A stretch of 64,000 bases of DNA, taken from an uncultured archaeon. Lineage in GTDB: Archaea; Thermoproteota; Nitrososphaeria; Nitrososphaerales; Gagatemarchaeaceae. The stretch lies in the NCBI GenBank assembly GCA_963799775.1, contig CAWCYD010000003.1, forward strand, positions 1,568,001-1,632,000, in the 5' to 3' direction. A program made the translations under genes and the position numbers. Shown here piece after piece: positions 1-10,416 of this stretch; within the stretch, counting starts at the first letter, position 1; each line of letters opens with the position of its first letter. The notes beneath the pieces were generated by a model. It ran no database searches. It was not told where the DNA came from and worked only from the letters and a program-made list of their open reading frames with translations.

Positions 1-21
1 GGGCTGGAGAGCGGAGGCAGA

Positions 22-174
22 GGGGTCGTCGGCTAGGCCAATGTTGAACTCAAGACAACTTGGGGCTAGTCTGGTCTAGGCTTCAAATCAAAAGAAGAGG
101 CCTTGGGAACGTTCCTCTATGGGTGCGTTCGAGAACGCTTGAGACCCCCGGTTCAAATCCGGGCGACCCCACCA
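22..174 (+). tRNA. tRNA-Pro(TGG) with three introns (37-69 in D-loop, 87-99 at 29/30, 108-135 at 37/38), CCA encoded
   Basis: Acceptor GGGGTCG/CGACCCC-A-CCA, T arm CCCGG-TTCAAAT-CCGGG; removing the three segments gives a 79-nt cloverleaf with anticodon arm CAAGC-CT-TGG-GC-GCTTG; BHB-like motifs at each junction. Confidence 0.85.
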
Positions 175-193
175 CGTATCTCTATCCCCATTT

Positions 194-542
194 CTATGTC
201 TGCGACAGATATAGTGGGTTCCCGTCTGGGCTCCTTGAAGAAGGCAAGCTTGACCGGTCCGTCGTTGGAGACCCTGCTGAAGTTGACGCCCTTGCCCTTC
301 AGACTAGTCATGGCAGCTTCGAGGTCCGCGACCCCGAATCCAATGGAAAGGCTCTCCGAATTGCCTGGTCTTGGCCCTTTCTCGACGAGGGGGTGAAGGG
401 CGATGGTCAGTCCTGGACACGTGACCTCGGCGAACTGGTCGGCGTGTCTCGACTTGAGCTTGAGGCCCAGCGTTTCCACGTAGAACTGGATGCTGCGCTT
501 CATTTCTGAGATCATGACCGTGACGTTCGCTTCCGTGATCAT
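194..542 (-). CDS. VOC/glyoxalase family protein (1-nt frameshift near C-terminus)
   Basis: VTVMISEMKRSIQFYVETLGLK...IGFGVADLEAA...AFFK; shifted frame continues DGNPLYLSQT*. Confidence 0.75.
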
Positions 543-738
543 TAGTGGGCTTGCACAGGCTTGTGATTTAACTCCCTCCAAGGTCAAGGCAATCGTAAGT
601 ATTCGTGCGAACAAAACGCGAAGGACGCACCAGAGATGAAGGTGAATCCTTGCTAGAATTTCGCTCAGAGACGGTGGATTTTATTTGACTCCGTGGGATG
701 TCATCATTATATAGTTTCGACCTCGAAGCACGTGGAAC

Positions 739-2827
739 GTGCAAGCCGCCCCCCGGCGTGTAAGGACGATTTACAGTGTCATCGCGTCTCCCCAGAGGCT
801 CGAGATCCTCAAAATTCTCAACGTGAAAGGCCCGCTCACCTACAGCGCGCTGAAGTCGCTGGCGGGCTTCAAGTCGAAGAAGGAGTCCGGCAAGTTCGCG
901 TACCACCTCAGGAAGCTCGTGCGCCAGCTCCTCATCCAGCTCAACAGACAAGAGCGGAAATACACGGTCACGAACCTCGGGAGGCTGGTCCTCAACCTCA
1001 CCCGCCAAATCGAGGAGCAGTCGCTCATAGAGAGCGGCAAGCTCTACGTCAGGACGACTCGCATGGCGATGGAGGAGTTCAACGCTGACAAGATACTCCA
1101 GTCGCTGGTCAAGGAGGCAGGGATGCCGGTCGAGCTCGCGCAGAAGATAACGAGCGAGACGGAGTCCAGGCTCTACAAGTTCCAGACGCAATATCTCACG
1201 GCGCCTCTCATCAGGGAGATGGTCAACTCGCTCCTCGTCGAGCAGAACCTCGAGGAATACAGGCACAAGCTCACGAGGTTGGGGATGCCAGTCTTCGACG
1301 TGACGCAACTCCTCGCAAAGGCGGGCGCTGACGGGGGCGACGCGGAGTCCCTCCTGCACCAGACGGGCAAGTCGGTCTTCTCCGAGTACCTCCTCCTGGA
1401 GCAGCTCCCCAGGGACGTCTCGGACGCGCACCTCAACGGGGACATCTACATCGCGGAGGCCGGGACCTGGGCGCTCATCCCGGACACCATCTTCTTGGAC
1501 CTGCTCTCGGTCAGGGCCTCAGGTTTCAACCCGAAGGGGAGGCTGCCGGGCGTCCCGATGCTCCCGAGCCCAACGAACCTCGAGGAGGCGATCAACGTCA
1601 TCGCTAACATCACGCCCCTCATCAAGAAGGAGGCGAACCAGGAGATTGTCTACAGGAACTTCCTCCAATATCTGGCGCAGTTCACCCGGTCGAGGACCAA
1701 GAAGGACGTCGCGGACGCGCTCTCAAAGTTCTTCGACCAGGTCTCGGCCTCCCTCCATCCGCTGAGGAAGCCCTCGGTCACGCTGCAGCTGGACATCTAC
1801 GACAAGGACGACGCTGGCCGCGAGCTCATGGAGAAGACGCTCAGCGCCACCATGGACGCCTACAGGGAGTACATCGAGCAGGCCACCAGGCCGGAGGTGA
1901 GGTTGCTGCTGGCGAAGCCCAACAAGTCCGAGGAGTCCTCGTACCTCAAGGACGCGGCTGCGATAGTCTTCCACGGCGGGAAGGTCTCGTTCTTCCCCAC
2001 AGGCCAGAAGAGGAGCGCGCTGGGGATCAACCTAGGGGTCCTTCCCAAAGACCAGCAGAGCGACAACGTCAGCGTCCTGCACAACCTCGGCATCAACCTC
2101 CCCAGGCTCTCCTACGAGTCGAACCAGGACGAGACCTACTTCAGGGCCAAGCTCTCCATGCTGATGGGCGTGGCCGCGGACGCCCTGGTGACGAGAAGGC
2201 ACCTTCTCGAGAGGGTGATGAACAAGGGGCTGCTCCCGGCGCTCAGCTTCGGCTCGGACAGCGTCAGCTCGGAGGTGATGCCTCTGATAATGAACCTGGT
2301 CGGCCTCGACGAGGCGCTCTTCGGGCTCAACAAGGAGACGACCCTTGCGGCCAGGGCGGACCTCGCAGCGAAGATCCTCGGGACCGCGTCCCAGTCGGCG
2401 TCGGAGAAGTCCGGGCGCGGCGAGCGGCTGGGCATCGCGCTCATCGAGGAGGACGGGGCGGCGAGGCTCGCGGCCCTCGACTCGGAGAGATACGGGAGGG
2501 CGAACCTCCAGAGCCTCGAGAGGAGGGGCTACTCGCAGGCGGCGAGGCTCACGATGGATGGACCTCAACAACCCGGACGTCATGAACCACATCGGCAAGC
2601 TGGGGCAGGGTGCGACGGGAGGGCTTTCGGTCTACCTCGACGCATCGTCGCTCGACCTCAGGGGAATCTATAACCTGGCTGTGAACGCGACTCCAAGGCT
2701 GGAGTTCTTCGGGATCGAGAGGCTCGTGTCATTCTGCAGGAATTGCGGCACGAAACTTCCTGCAAAGACTGAGCGGTGCACAAAATGCAGGTCGACGGCG
2801 ACGGCCCAGTATTCGACAGTCGAGTAG
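739..2827 (+). CDS. ArsR-like wHTH + ATP-cone + degenerate class III RNR (NrdD-like) fold + Zn ribbon; frameshift near 2560
   Basis: N-term SPQRLEILKIL...FAYHLRKL; ATP-cone VRTTRMAMEEFNADKILQSLVKE; NrdD-like AHLNGDIYI, INLPRL, NLVGLDE; C-term CRNC...CTKC in the 2345..2827 frame. Confidence 0.75.
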
Positions 2828-3094
2828 TCTCTCGGAGTCAGGCGCGCTCTTCGTCAACACATGTTGACACGCGGTTATTGGCCGCAAATCTTCGTGGGCC
2901 GAGACCTAGTATCTTCTAGGCCTCAACTCGTTTCCCCGTGTCGTCATCACTCGGTAAGCGTGAAACTCTGCGAAGTTACGGAAGTGAACGGGACCAAGCT
3001 GGCATCCAGAGGATTTAAGGGTTGGTGGGTGAAGAAATGCTTCACCACGAATTAGATAAAGCACGTCGGATGGAGAGAGCGCGCGATTTAGTGT

Positions 3095-5418
3095 TTGACA
3101 ACTGAGATTGAATCTTCAAAGAAGGAAGGTGGTGTGATGGAGGAGCAACAGCTCCACAAGGCTGAGGTAGTGCTTCCACAGGAGACGCTTGACGCGTTCG
3201 GTGGGGACGAGCTCAGGGCGCGTGTCTTTTACGAGAAGTACGCGCTAAGAGACGAGACGGGCAAGCAGGTCGAGAAAGTCCCAAAGCAACTATGGCAGAG
3301 GGTCGCGAGCGAGCTCGCCTCGGTCGAGTCCAACGCGGAGAAGAAGCACGAGTGGACCGACAAGTTCTACTGGCTGCTTGACGACTTCAAGTTCGTCCCA
3401 GGTGGAAGGATCATGTTCGGTGCAGGTCAATCGAGAAGGTCTACGCTTCTCAACTGTTACTTCTTCAAGATCAGGGAGGACTCGATAGAGGGGATATTCG
3501 ACTGGTGCAAAGAGGCCGCGAGGACCTACAGCTTCGGCGGAGGGGTGGGAACGGACATCTCGCTGCTCAGGCCGCGGGGCACTCCCGTCAACAACTCGGC
3601 CATAGTCAGCTCCGGGTCGGTCTCCTTCATGGAGCTCCTGTCCACGACGACGGGCACGATCGGCCAAGCGGGCAGGAGGGGCGCGCTCATGATAACTATA
3701 CGCGTCGACCACCCGGACATATTCGACTTCATCAACGTGAAGAAGGGCCTGAAGAAGGTCAACTACGCGAACATCTCCGTCAAGATAACCGACGAGTTCA
3801 TGCAGGCGGTCGAGAAGGATGCCGACTTTACGCTCAGGTTCCAGAACGAGAAGGTAAAGTTCGAGAAGACGGTCCGCGCCAAGGAGATCTGGAACCAGCT
3901 GGTCAAGGCTGCGTGGCAGAGCGACGAGCCGGGTCTGATCTTCTGGGACACGATCAAGAGGGACTCCACCACGGAGTACAACGGGATGGCGGTCGAAGGC
4001 GTCAACCCGTGCAGCGAGCAGACCCTGGAGAACTATGGGTGCTGCTGCCTGGGATCGATCAACCTCAGCTCCTTCGTCAAGGACGCGTTCACGGACCGCG
4101 CCAGCATCGACTGGACGGGCCTGACGAAGGCGGCGCAGTACGCGACCAGGTTCCTCGACAACGTCCTAGACTACAACGCGGACAAGCACCCGCTCCCCCA
4201 GCAGAAGAAGGCCTCCCTATGGTCGAGGAGGGTCGGCGTCGGGACCACGGGGCTGGGAGACATGCTCATCAAGTTGGGCAAGAAGTATGACGACGAGGCG
4301 ACCGTCGAGTTCGTCGACAAGCTCTTCGAGAGGGTCACCAACATCATCTACGACTACTCCACCGACCTGGCGAAGGAGAAAGGCCCGGCCCCGGCCTTCG
4401 AGGCGAAGAAGCACCTGGCCCAGCCCTTCGTCCAGAGGCTCGACACGAAGGTCAAGGAGAAGATCAAGAGACAGGGCATAAGGAACTCGGCGATCACCAC
4501 CGTGCCCCCCGTCGGGTCGGGCTCCATATTCGTCGGGTCGTCCAGCGGCGTCGAGCCCGTCTTCGCCCTCTACTACACGAGGAGGAGCAAGTCGCTCAGC
4601 GAGGGCGAGTTCAAGGTCTGGCACCCGCTCGTCAAGGAGTACATGAGGGTCTTCCGCGTGACGGACGAGAGCAAGCTGCCGCCATACTTCGTCACCGCCC
4701 ACCAGATCAAGCCTGAGATGAGGGTGAAGATGCAGGCCGCCATCCAGAAGCACATCGACACGGCGATATCGAGCACGGTCAACCTTCCCCAGGACATCTC
4801 CGAGGAGGAGGTCGGGAAGATCTACTTCGAGGCGTGGAAGCTCGGGTGCAAGGGCATCACGGTCTACAGGGAGGGCAGCAGGGAGGGGATACTCGAGACC
4901 GCCAACGTCGACAAGAAGAAGGAGGGGGCGGTAGCGGAGCCAAAGATGGAGACGGCGACGGCCTTCGATAGGCCTAAGGTAATGACCGGAAGGGACCCTC
5001 AAGCTCAAGCTCCCGCAGGGAGGGCTCTACGTCACTGCGAACTCCGACGAGACCGGGAAGCTCAAGGAGGTCTTCGTGACGCTGGGCAAGCTTGGCGGCG
5101 ACGAGAAGGCCGACGCCGAGGCGATAGGGAGGCTAATCAGTCTCTACCTGCAGCACGGCGGCGACATCCAGAGCGTGACCAAGATGCTCAAGGGCATCCG
5201 CGGCAAGTACGTCTCGTGGGAGGAGGGGATACAGCTGCTGTCGATCCCAGACGCGGTGGCCAAGGCGCTCGAGGTCCATCACCGCCGGCAAGGTGAAGAA
5301 GGAGTCGGCGACGCCGCTCTTGCAGGGAGGCACTTGCCCCGACTGCAAGGAGAACGCCATAATCTTCGAGGCGGGATGTTACAAATGCAACGCCTGTGGC
5401 TATAGCAAGTGCGAGTAA
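3095..5418 (+). CDS. nrdJ: Class II (adenosylcobalamin-dependent) ribonucleotide reductase with C-terminal TSCPD-like and Zn-ribbon domains; frameshifts near 4995 and 5280
   Basis: FVPGGRIM, TLLNCY, NPCSEQ, CCLGSINL, AISSTVNLP, GCKGITVYR; tail SIPDAVAKAL...CPDC...CYKCNACGYSKCE*. Confidence 0.92.
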
Positions 5419-5436
5419 GAGAAGCGTGAGGGCGGG

Positions 5437-5909
5437 CTAGCTACGCTTCCCGCGTAGCTCCCTCTCCATCGCCTTCGCGAGGAGACCCCACTCCTTCGTC
5501 CTAGCTGCTGCGTCGGCTTTCGCAGTGGCAGCGAGCTGCTTCTTGCCGGGGGCCGTCTTCGGGTATGTGAGTTCGTAGCCCGTATACTCGAGCCGGGACC
5601 CGGTCCTTCGGGTATTATCCGGTAGAAGTAGAGAGAGTTCTTGTTCGGGCCGGTCAGGTGGAGGTTGAAGTAGGTAGTCCTCTCCTTGTCAGTCTTGATC
5701 AGCTTCTTCTTGGTCGTGGCCTTCCCGTTTGGGTAGAGCGTGTCCTCGAGGAGGATGGTGTCATCAGACACCCTGGTCACCTTCCTGAATCCCTTGAGGC
5801 CCATGAGGTTGTGGTCCTTTGGGTCGTAGTCGGTGCACCAGGCAAAGGCCTCGGCGGCGGGGGCGTTGAAGTGCTGAGAGAACTCGTACCTTGTGGAGAC
5901 GACTACCAA
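5437..5909 (-). CDS. SRPBCC/START-like protein, tandem paralog of 5919..6383 (frameshift near 5600)
   Basis: FSQHFNAPAAEAFAWCTDYDP aligns with FVQKFDVPVEEAFAWAIDYDP; shifted frame ends AMERELRGKRS*. Confidence 0.6.
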
Positions 5910-5918
5910 GCAGAGAAC

Positions 5919-6383
5919 CTACTTTAGCTCCCTCTCCATCGCTTTCCCCAAGTTGACCCAGATCTTGGAGTCGCCCTTCCGCTCCTCCTCGGCCAGTTTG
6001 GCGACCTCTCCTTTGGGCATCTTCTTGGGCAGGAGGAGCATCCCTGTGAACTCGAGCCTCGACCCGCCATCGTCCTCCGGGAAGAACTCGTAGACGAACT
6101 GGGAGTGGGGAGTAGGGCCCCCGATGTGGGTGTTCACGAAGGAGCGCTTCGCGTGGTCGATGCGGATGAGCCGGGTCTTGGTGACGGGCCCCTTGACGGT
6201 CTTCCTCGTGTCGTAGAGGATGATCGCGTCGTCGGTGAGCTTCTTGATCTTCCTCGTCCCCTCGAGGCCCATCCTCTTCCAGTCCGCCGGGCCTGGGTCG
6301 TAGTCTATGGCCCACGCGAAGGCCTCCTCCACGGGGACGTCGAACTTCTGGACGAACTTGTAGTTCACGCTTGAGTAGACCAT
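5919..6383 (-). CDS. SRPBCC/START-like protein
   Basis: DVPVEEAFAW...YEFFPEDDGGSRLEFTG...W helix-grip pattern. Confidence 0.6.
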   Translation of the reverse strand: MVYSSVNYKFVQKFDVPVEEAFAWAIDYDPGPADWKRMGLEGTRKIKKLTDDAIILYDTRKTVKGPVTKTRLIRIDHAKRSFVNTHIGGPTPHSQFVYEFFPEDDGGSRLEFTGMLLLPKKMPKGEVAKLAEEERKGDSKIWVNLGKAMERELK

Positions 6384-6431
6384 GATATCTGGCTCTTAGA
6401 AGACCGTCGGCCTAATAATCGTTATAGCGGC

Positions 6432-6884
6432 GTGCGCCGGCTCTCCCTCGTGCTAATCGAGGAGCGAGTCGAGTTCGAGGGCGACCCCGGGGAAGTTTGG
6501 GCGAGGGTCTCCGACATAGACAGGATTCCCGAGTACTGGCACGGGACGAGGTCGCTGCAGATAGCAACGAGGGATGAAAGACAGGGAAGGGTGGTGGTCA
6601 AGGCCGGGTCGAAGTTCGCCTTTGGTGGCTCGGGCGAGGTCGAGATCACCGCCGACGACGCCTCGAAGACGCTCACGTCGAACTACACCTCAGGCCCTTT
6701 CAAGGGGGTGCAGGTCGTGAGGGTCGTGGGCAACGCCATCGAGGCCAGGTGGGAGGTGAACTTCACGGGCCTCTTCAAGCTAACTTCGGGATGGACTGGA
6801 GGCCACTTCAAGAGCGGGACTCGCCACGCTCTGGAGAGGCTTGCGGGGAAAGAGACGCCAGTGCAAAAGACGAGCGAGGCTTAA
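6432..6884 (+). CDS. SRPBCC (polyketide cyclase/CoxG-like) protein
   Basis: FEGDPGEVWARVSDIDRIPEYW, SGPFKG motifs. Confidence 0.7.
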   Translation: MRRLSLVLIEERVEFEGDPGEVWARVSDIDRIPEYWHGTRSLQIATRDERQGRVVVKAGSKFAFGGSGEVEITADDASKTLTSNYTSGPFKGVQVVRVVGNAIEARWEVNFTGLFKLTSGWTGGHFKSGTRHALERLAGKETPVQKTSEA

Positions 6885-6910
6885 GTAACAATGTCGCCTC
6901 CTTTGAGGCC

Positions 6911-7165
6911 GTGAGCGCAAAGGATGAGCCCGAGCCGCAGAAGAGCCTGAAGAGGATAACCTGGCAGTCTCAGAACTGCCTCGCCTGTGTCTGGTTCAAG
7001 CCCAACGACCCGCTGAACGCTGACATCCTGGAGCGCGGGATGTGCGTCCACGCGAAGCTCAAGGAGTTCGAGCTGGTCGTCTCTGGTCGCGACTGGTGCA
7101 ACCTCTTCACGGAAATCAGGCAGAAGCAGATAGACCTGATCCAAGAGAAAGCGATGAAGGGATAG
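6911..7165 (+). CDS. Small HiPIP-like 4-Cys Fe-S protein
   Basis: QNCLACVWF...GMCVH...VSGRDWCNLF pattern (CxxC...C...WC); no signal peptide. Confidence 0.55.
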   Translation: MSAKDEPEPQKSLKRITWQSQNCLACVWFKPNDPLNADILERGMCVHAKLKEFELVVSGRDWCNLFTEIRQKQIDLIQEKAMKG

Positions 7166-7171
7166 AGGCCC

Positions 7172-9216
7172 TTACTTCGCTTCTTTCACTACGTCGCTGA
7201 GCGTGTGGGTCCGGGGCCCCTTGAAGGGCGAGAAGGCCCTTCCGCCGCCGTGCAGGAACTTGGAGAAGGTCTCGACGTAGAGGAGCCTTGCGCTCTGGAT
7301 GCCAGGCTCCAAGATCCCCAGGACGAGGTTGAAGATGTGCCCGACGGCCAGGAGCACGACCCCGAAGATCGCGAAGGCTATCCCGCCGTAGACCAGGCCC
7401 GGGGCGGCGCTCGTGCCCACCGCCTGGCTGTCTATCACGAACGCTAGCACATAGGAGGCGAGGAGGATGCCCAGGAGCCTTGTGTATGAGATCACGTGGC
7501 TTACGATGGAGGGGAGCTCTATGACGGCGAGCTTGCCCTCTCCGAAGATGATGAGCCCGACGCCGACCACAGCCATCCCGATGAACACCCCGGCGACCGG
7601 GTTCTGCCCGGGGTTGACGTTGCCGTGCTTGAGGAGGGTGAGCCCGAAGAGCGAGAGGCCCCAGGCGACGGAGAGCCAGCCGACCTTCCCGAGGACGTGC
7701 TTCTTCATGTTCATCCAGTAGGCGTTGAGCATCCCGAGCACCAGGCCGAACGAGACCATGAAGAGCCCGATGTAGCCCGAGTAGAGGAGGAGCGTCTTCA
7801 GGCCCCTCGTGGAGATGGGGTTGAGGAAGACCCCGTCGGCGGGGAGGCTCGTGTGGGCGTTGGTGTTGAGCCAGTCGAAGAGATACTGGTTGACCGGGAA
7901 CCCGAAGTACGCGTTGAGCGTGAAGCCCATCACTATCCCTGCTATCGAGCCGAGGATCAGGGCCTTCGCCAGCTTCTTGAACTGGACGGGCCGGAGGATC
8001 TTCGCGACGAACGACCTCAGGAAGGCAGGGATCACCGTCTTCCTCTCGGGGTGGTTGACCCTCCTGATTATCCAGACGGCGATGAGCAGGATCAGGATGG
8101 CGTAGCCGACGTCCCCGAGCATGAGCCCGAAGAAGATCGGGAACGCGAAGGCGAATATCAAGCTCGGGTCCACCTCGTTCGACATCGGCATGGTGTAGAA
8201 GCGGATGAACGACTCGAAGAACTTCAGGCGCTTGGGGTTCTCGAGCAGGGTGGGAGGGCCTGCGTGGGCGTCGTGCTCGTCGTGGGCCTCCTGGTGAATC
8301 TCGAAGAGCCTCGTCGAGGGGGCGGTCTGTCCCAGGGCGTCCTTGAGCGCCCCCACCCGCTTGGCGGGGCACCCATCCCTCCACTGCGAAGGCGCTCTCG
8401 GTGAACCCGAAGTTGTTCAGGACCTCGAGCTGCCGGGCCTCGATGGAGAGCTGCTCCTCGACCTGCGAGATCATCGTGTAGTGCTGCTGCGAGATGGCGA
8501 GGAGCTTGGCGTCCGTGTCGGCGAGGTCGGCCTGCTTCAGCCTCCGCTCCTCCTCCAGGTTCGCGAGGGCCTGCGAGGCGGTCCCCCTGAGCGCCGGGAC
8601 CCGCGTGAGCCTCACGTCCGCCTTTTGGATCACCGAGCCGAACTTCTCCAGGCCCGCCCTCGGGACGGTGACGATGACCTTGATCGGGTCGCTCCCGGAG
8701 GAGTAGGCGACCGCGGCCTCCGCGGAGGGGAGGTTCTGGATGAGCGTGGCGTAATTGGCGGCGGGGACCGTCCCGAAGAAGGAGACGGCGGCCTCGAGGT
8801 CGAAGATGCTGAGGTTCATCCTTCACGAACTGGAGGTTCTGGACGAGGGCCACCCGGTTCGCGAGGTCGTCGAGCTGGGTCGAGAGCCTCTCCTGGTGCT
8901 CCTTGAGCTTGGAGACCTCCTGGTCGATTCCGACGGACCTCGAAGCCTCGATCACCTCTCTGAGAGAGGAGAACTTCCTCTGCCCCTTAACGGGCGTGGG
9001 GGGGAGGGCAGACTCGAGCGACCTTATCCTGAGGAGCTCCTCGGAGATCTCCTTGTTCCCGCCGACATCTGACTCGGGCCTAAGGACGGAGGCCGCTTCC
9101 TTGGACAGGGGCTCGATGTGGAGGACGCCCATGTCGTAGAGCATGGAGACCACCCGGGGCCTCTCCTCCTTGGTCCCTACTACTGCGACCTTCTGCATCT
9201 GGGCGGGCTTTAGCAT
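7172..9216 (-). CDS. atpI: A/V-type ATP synthase subunit I (a); frameshifts near 8820 and 8360
   Basis: MLKPAQMQKV, FAVEGWVP, PPTLLENP, FPIFFGLMLGDVGY, SHVISYTRL, RLLYVETFSKF across three frames. Confidence 0.92.
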
Positions 9217-9225
9217 TCGTCGGTG

Positions 9226-9552
9226 TCACTTGAGCTCTGAAAAGATTACGCTGTCGTCTATCTTCTTGAGGGCGGCCTTGTCGAGCCTCTTTCCCGAGAC
9301 CTGTTTGGCGTCCCGATCTGCCGCCGCCAGTGCGGTGTCGGCCTCCTTCTGCGCTGCCTTCGAGGTCTTCGCGACGTCGTCGGCGACCAGCGCCTCCCCC
9401 TTCTTCTTCGCATCCGCTATCTGGGCGTTGGCCTGCTCCTCGAGCTGGCGCAGCTGCTCCTCGAGGGCCTTCCTCCTCTCGAGTATCTCCCTGCTGCTCG
9501 CCTCCTCGGTCTCCTTGATCCTCTTCAGCGTCTCGGTGTAGTCTTGTGACAA
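9226..9552 (-). CDS. atpH: A/V-type ATP synthase subunit H/G (peripheral stalk)
   Basis: Charged coiled coil ETLKRIKETEE... between D and I genes. Confidence 0.75.
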   Translation of the reverse strand: MSQDYTETLKRIKETEEASSREILERRKALEEQLRQLEEQANAQIADAKKKGEALVADDVAKTSKAAQKEADTALAAADRDAKQVSGKRLDKAALKKIDDSVIFSELK

Positions 9553-9558
9553 GTGCTA

Positions 9559-9768
9559 TCAGATCCTCGTGAAGAAGAGGAGGAGCACCATCACGAGGGC
9601 GGTGACCTTGGCGGTCCTGAAGGCGAGCTGCACGAGGTAGAACCTCTTCTGCTGGACGTTGATCGGTGAGGTCTGCGCCTTCCTGAATTTGGGCGGAGAC
9701 TTGGCCCAGTAGTAGAACTTGGGCACGCCCATGCGCCGCTTCTCTTCCTTCTTCTCGTCTTCTGGCAT
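9559..9768 (-). CDS. Small basic protein with C-terminal TM embedded in ATPase operon
   Basis: 69 aa, tightly coupled between atpD and atpH, C-terminal hydrophobic helix. Confidence 0.6.
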   Translation of the reverse strand: MPEDEKKEEKRRMGVPKFYYWAKSPPKFRKAQTSPINVQQKRFYLVQLAFRTAKVTALVMVLLLFFTRI

Positions 9769-9770
9769 GT

Positions 9771-10406
9771 CTACTGCGCGTCCCTCTGGGCTATCTTCCG
9801 CTTGACCGTCTTGAGCTTGGTGAAGCTCTCCCTCTCCATCTCGTCGAACCTGAACTTGATGTATCTCGCGTTGGCCTGCAGCCTCGGGATGAGGACGTTC
9901 TCAATCGCGTTGGACCTGCGCTTCGTCTTCTCTATCTCGACGAGCAGCTTCCTCAGGGCGGTCTCCTTCTCTGCGACGTCTATGACGAGCTTGTGGACGT
10001 CCTCGAAGGCCTTGATCGACTGGTTGATCGCGGTCGGGACCTCGAGCAGGTATTCCTGACCCGCCCCGCCTGAGCCCTCCCCTGAGAGCTCCGGGATCTT
10101 CACCCCCATGATGTTCTTGGACTTTAGCGTCAGCTCGTGCATCTTGGGGATGCGCATCGACTCGTATTCCAGCCTCAACGTGCCCACGAACATCTCCGTG
10201 TTGTGGATGCCCTCGTACCCCGTGTGGAGCTTGGCCTGGAGCCCGCTCCTCAGGGACGCGACCGTCTTGCTGACCGCGAAGAACTCGAAGATGAGGGCGG
10301 ACCTCTTGAGCTTCAGGAGCTTCAACCCCTTTCGCGAGACCGCTATCCTGCGGATGGTCCTCAGGTATTCCATCCGTGTGGGGCGGACGTTGATCGGGGT
10401 CGGCAT
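9771..10406 (-). CDS. atpD: A/V-type ATP synthase subunit D
   Basis: VRPTRME, GLKLLKLKR, EIEKTKRRSNAIENVLIP. Confidence 0.95.
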   Translation of the reverse strand: MPTPINVRPTRMEYLRTIRRIAVSRKGLKLLKLKRSALIFEFFAVSKTVASLRSGLQAKLHTGYEGIHNTEMFVGTLRLEYESMRIPKMHELTLKSKNIMGVKIPELSGEGSGGAGQEYLLEVPTAINQSIKAFEDVHKLVIDVAEKETALRKLLVEIEKTKRRSNAIENVLIPRLQANARYIKFRFDEMERESFTKLKTVKRKIAQRDAQ

Positions 10407-10416
10407 CGATTTTTCC

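Noticed and set aside
108-138. Fourth intron in tRNA-Pro (splitting 108-138 into two introns)
   Set aside because: A single 28-nt 37/38 intron gives the expected CTTG/CGAG helix and AA|C bulge and is more parsimonious
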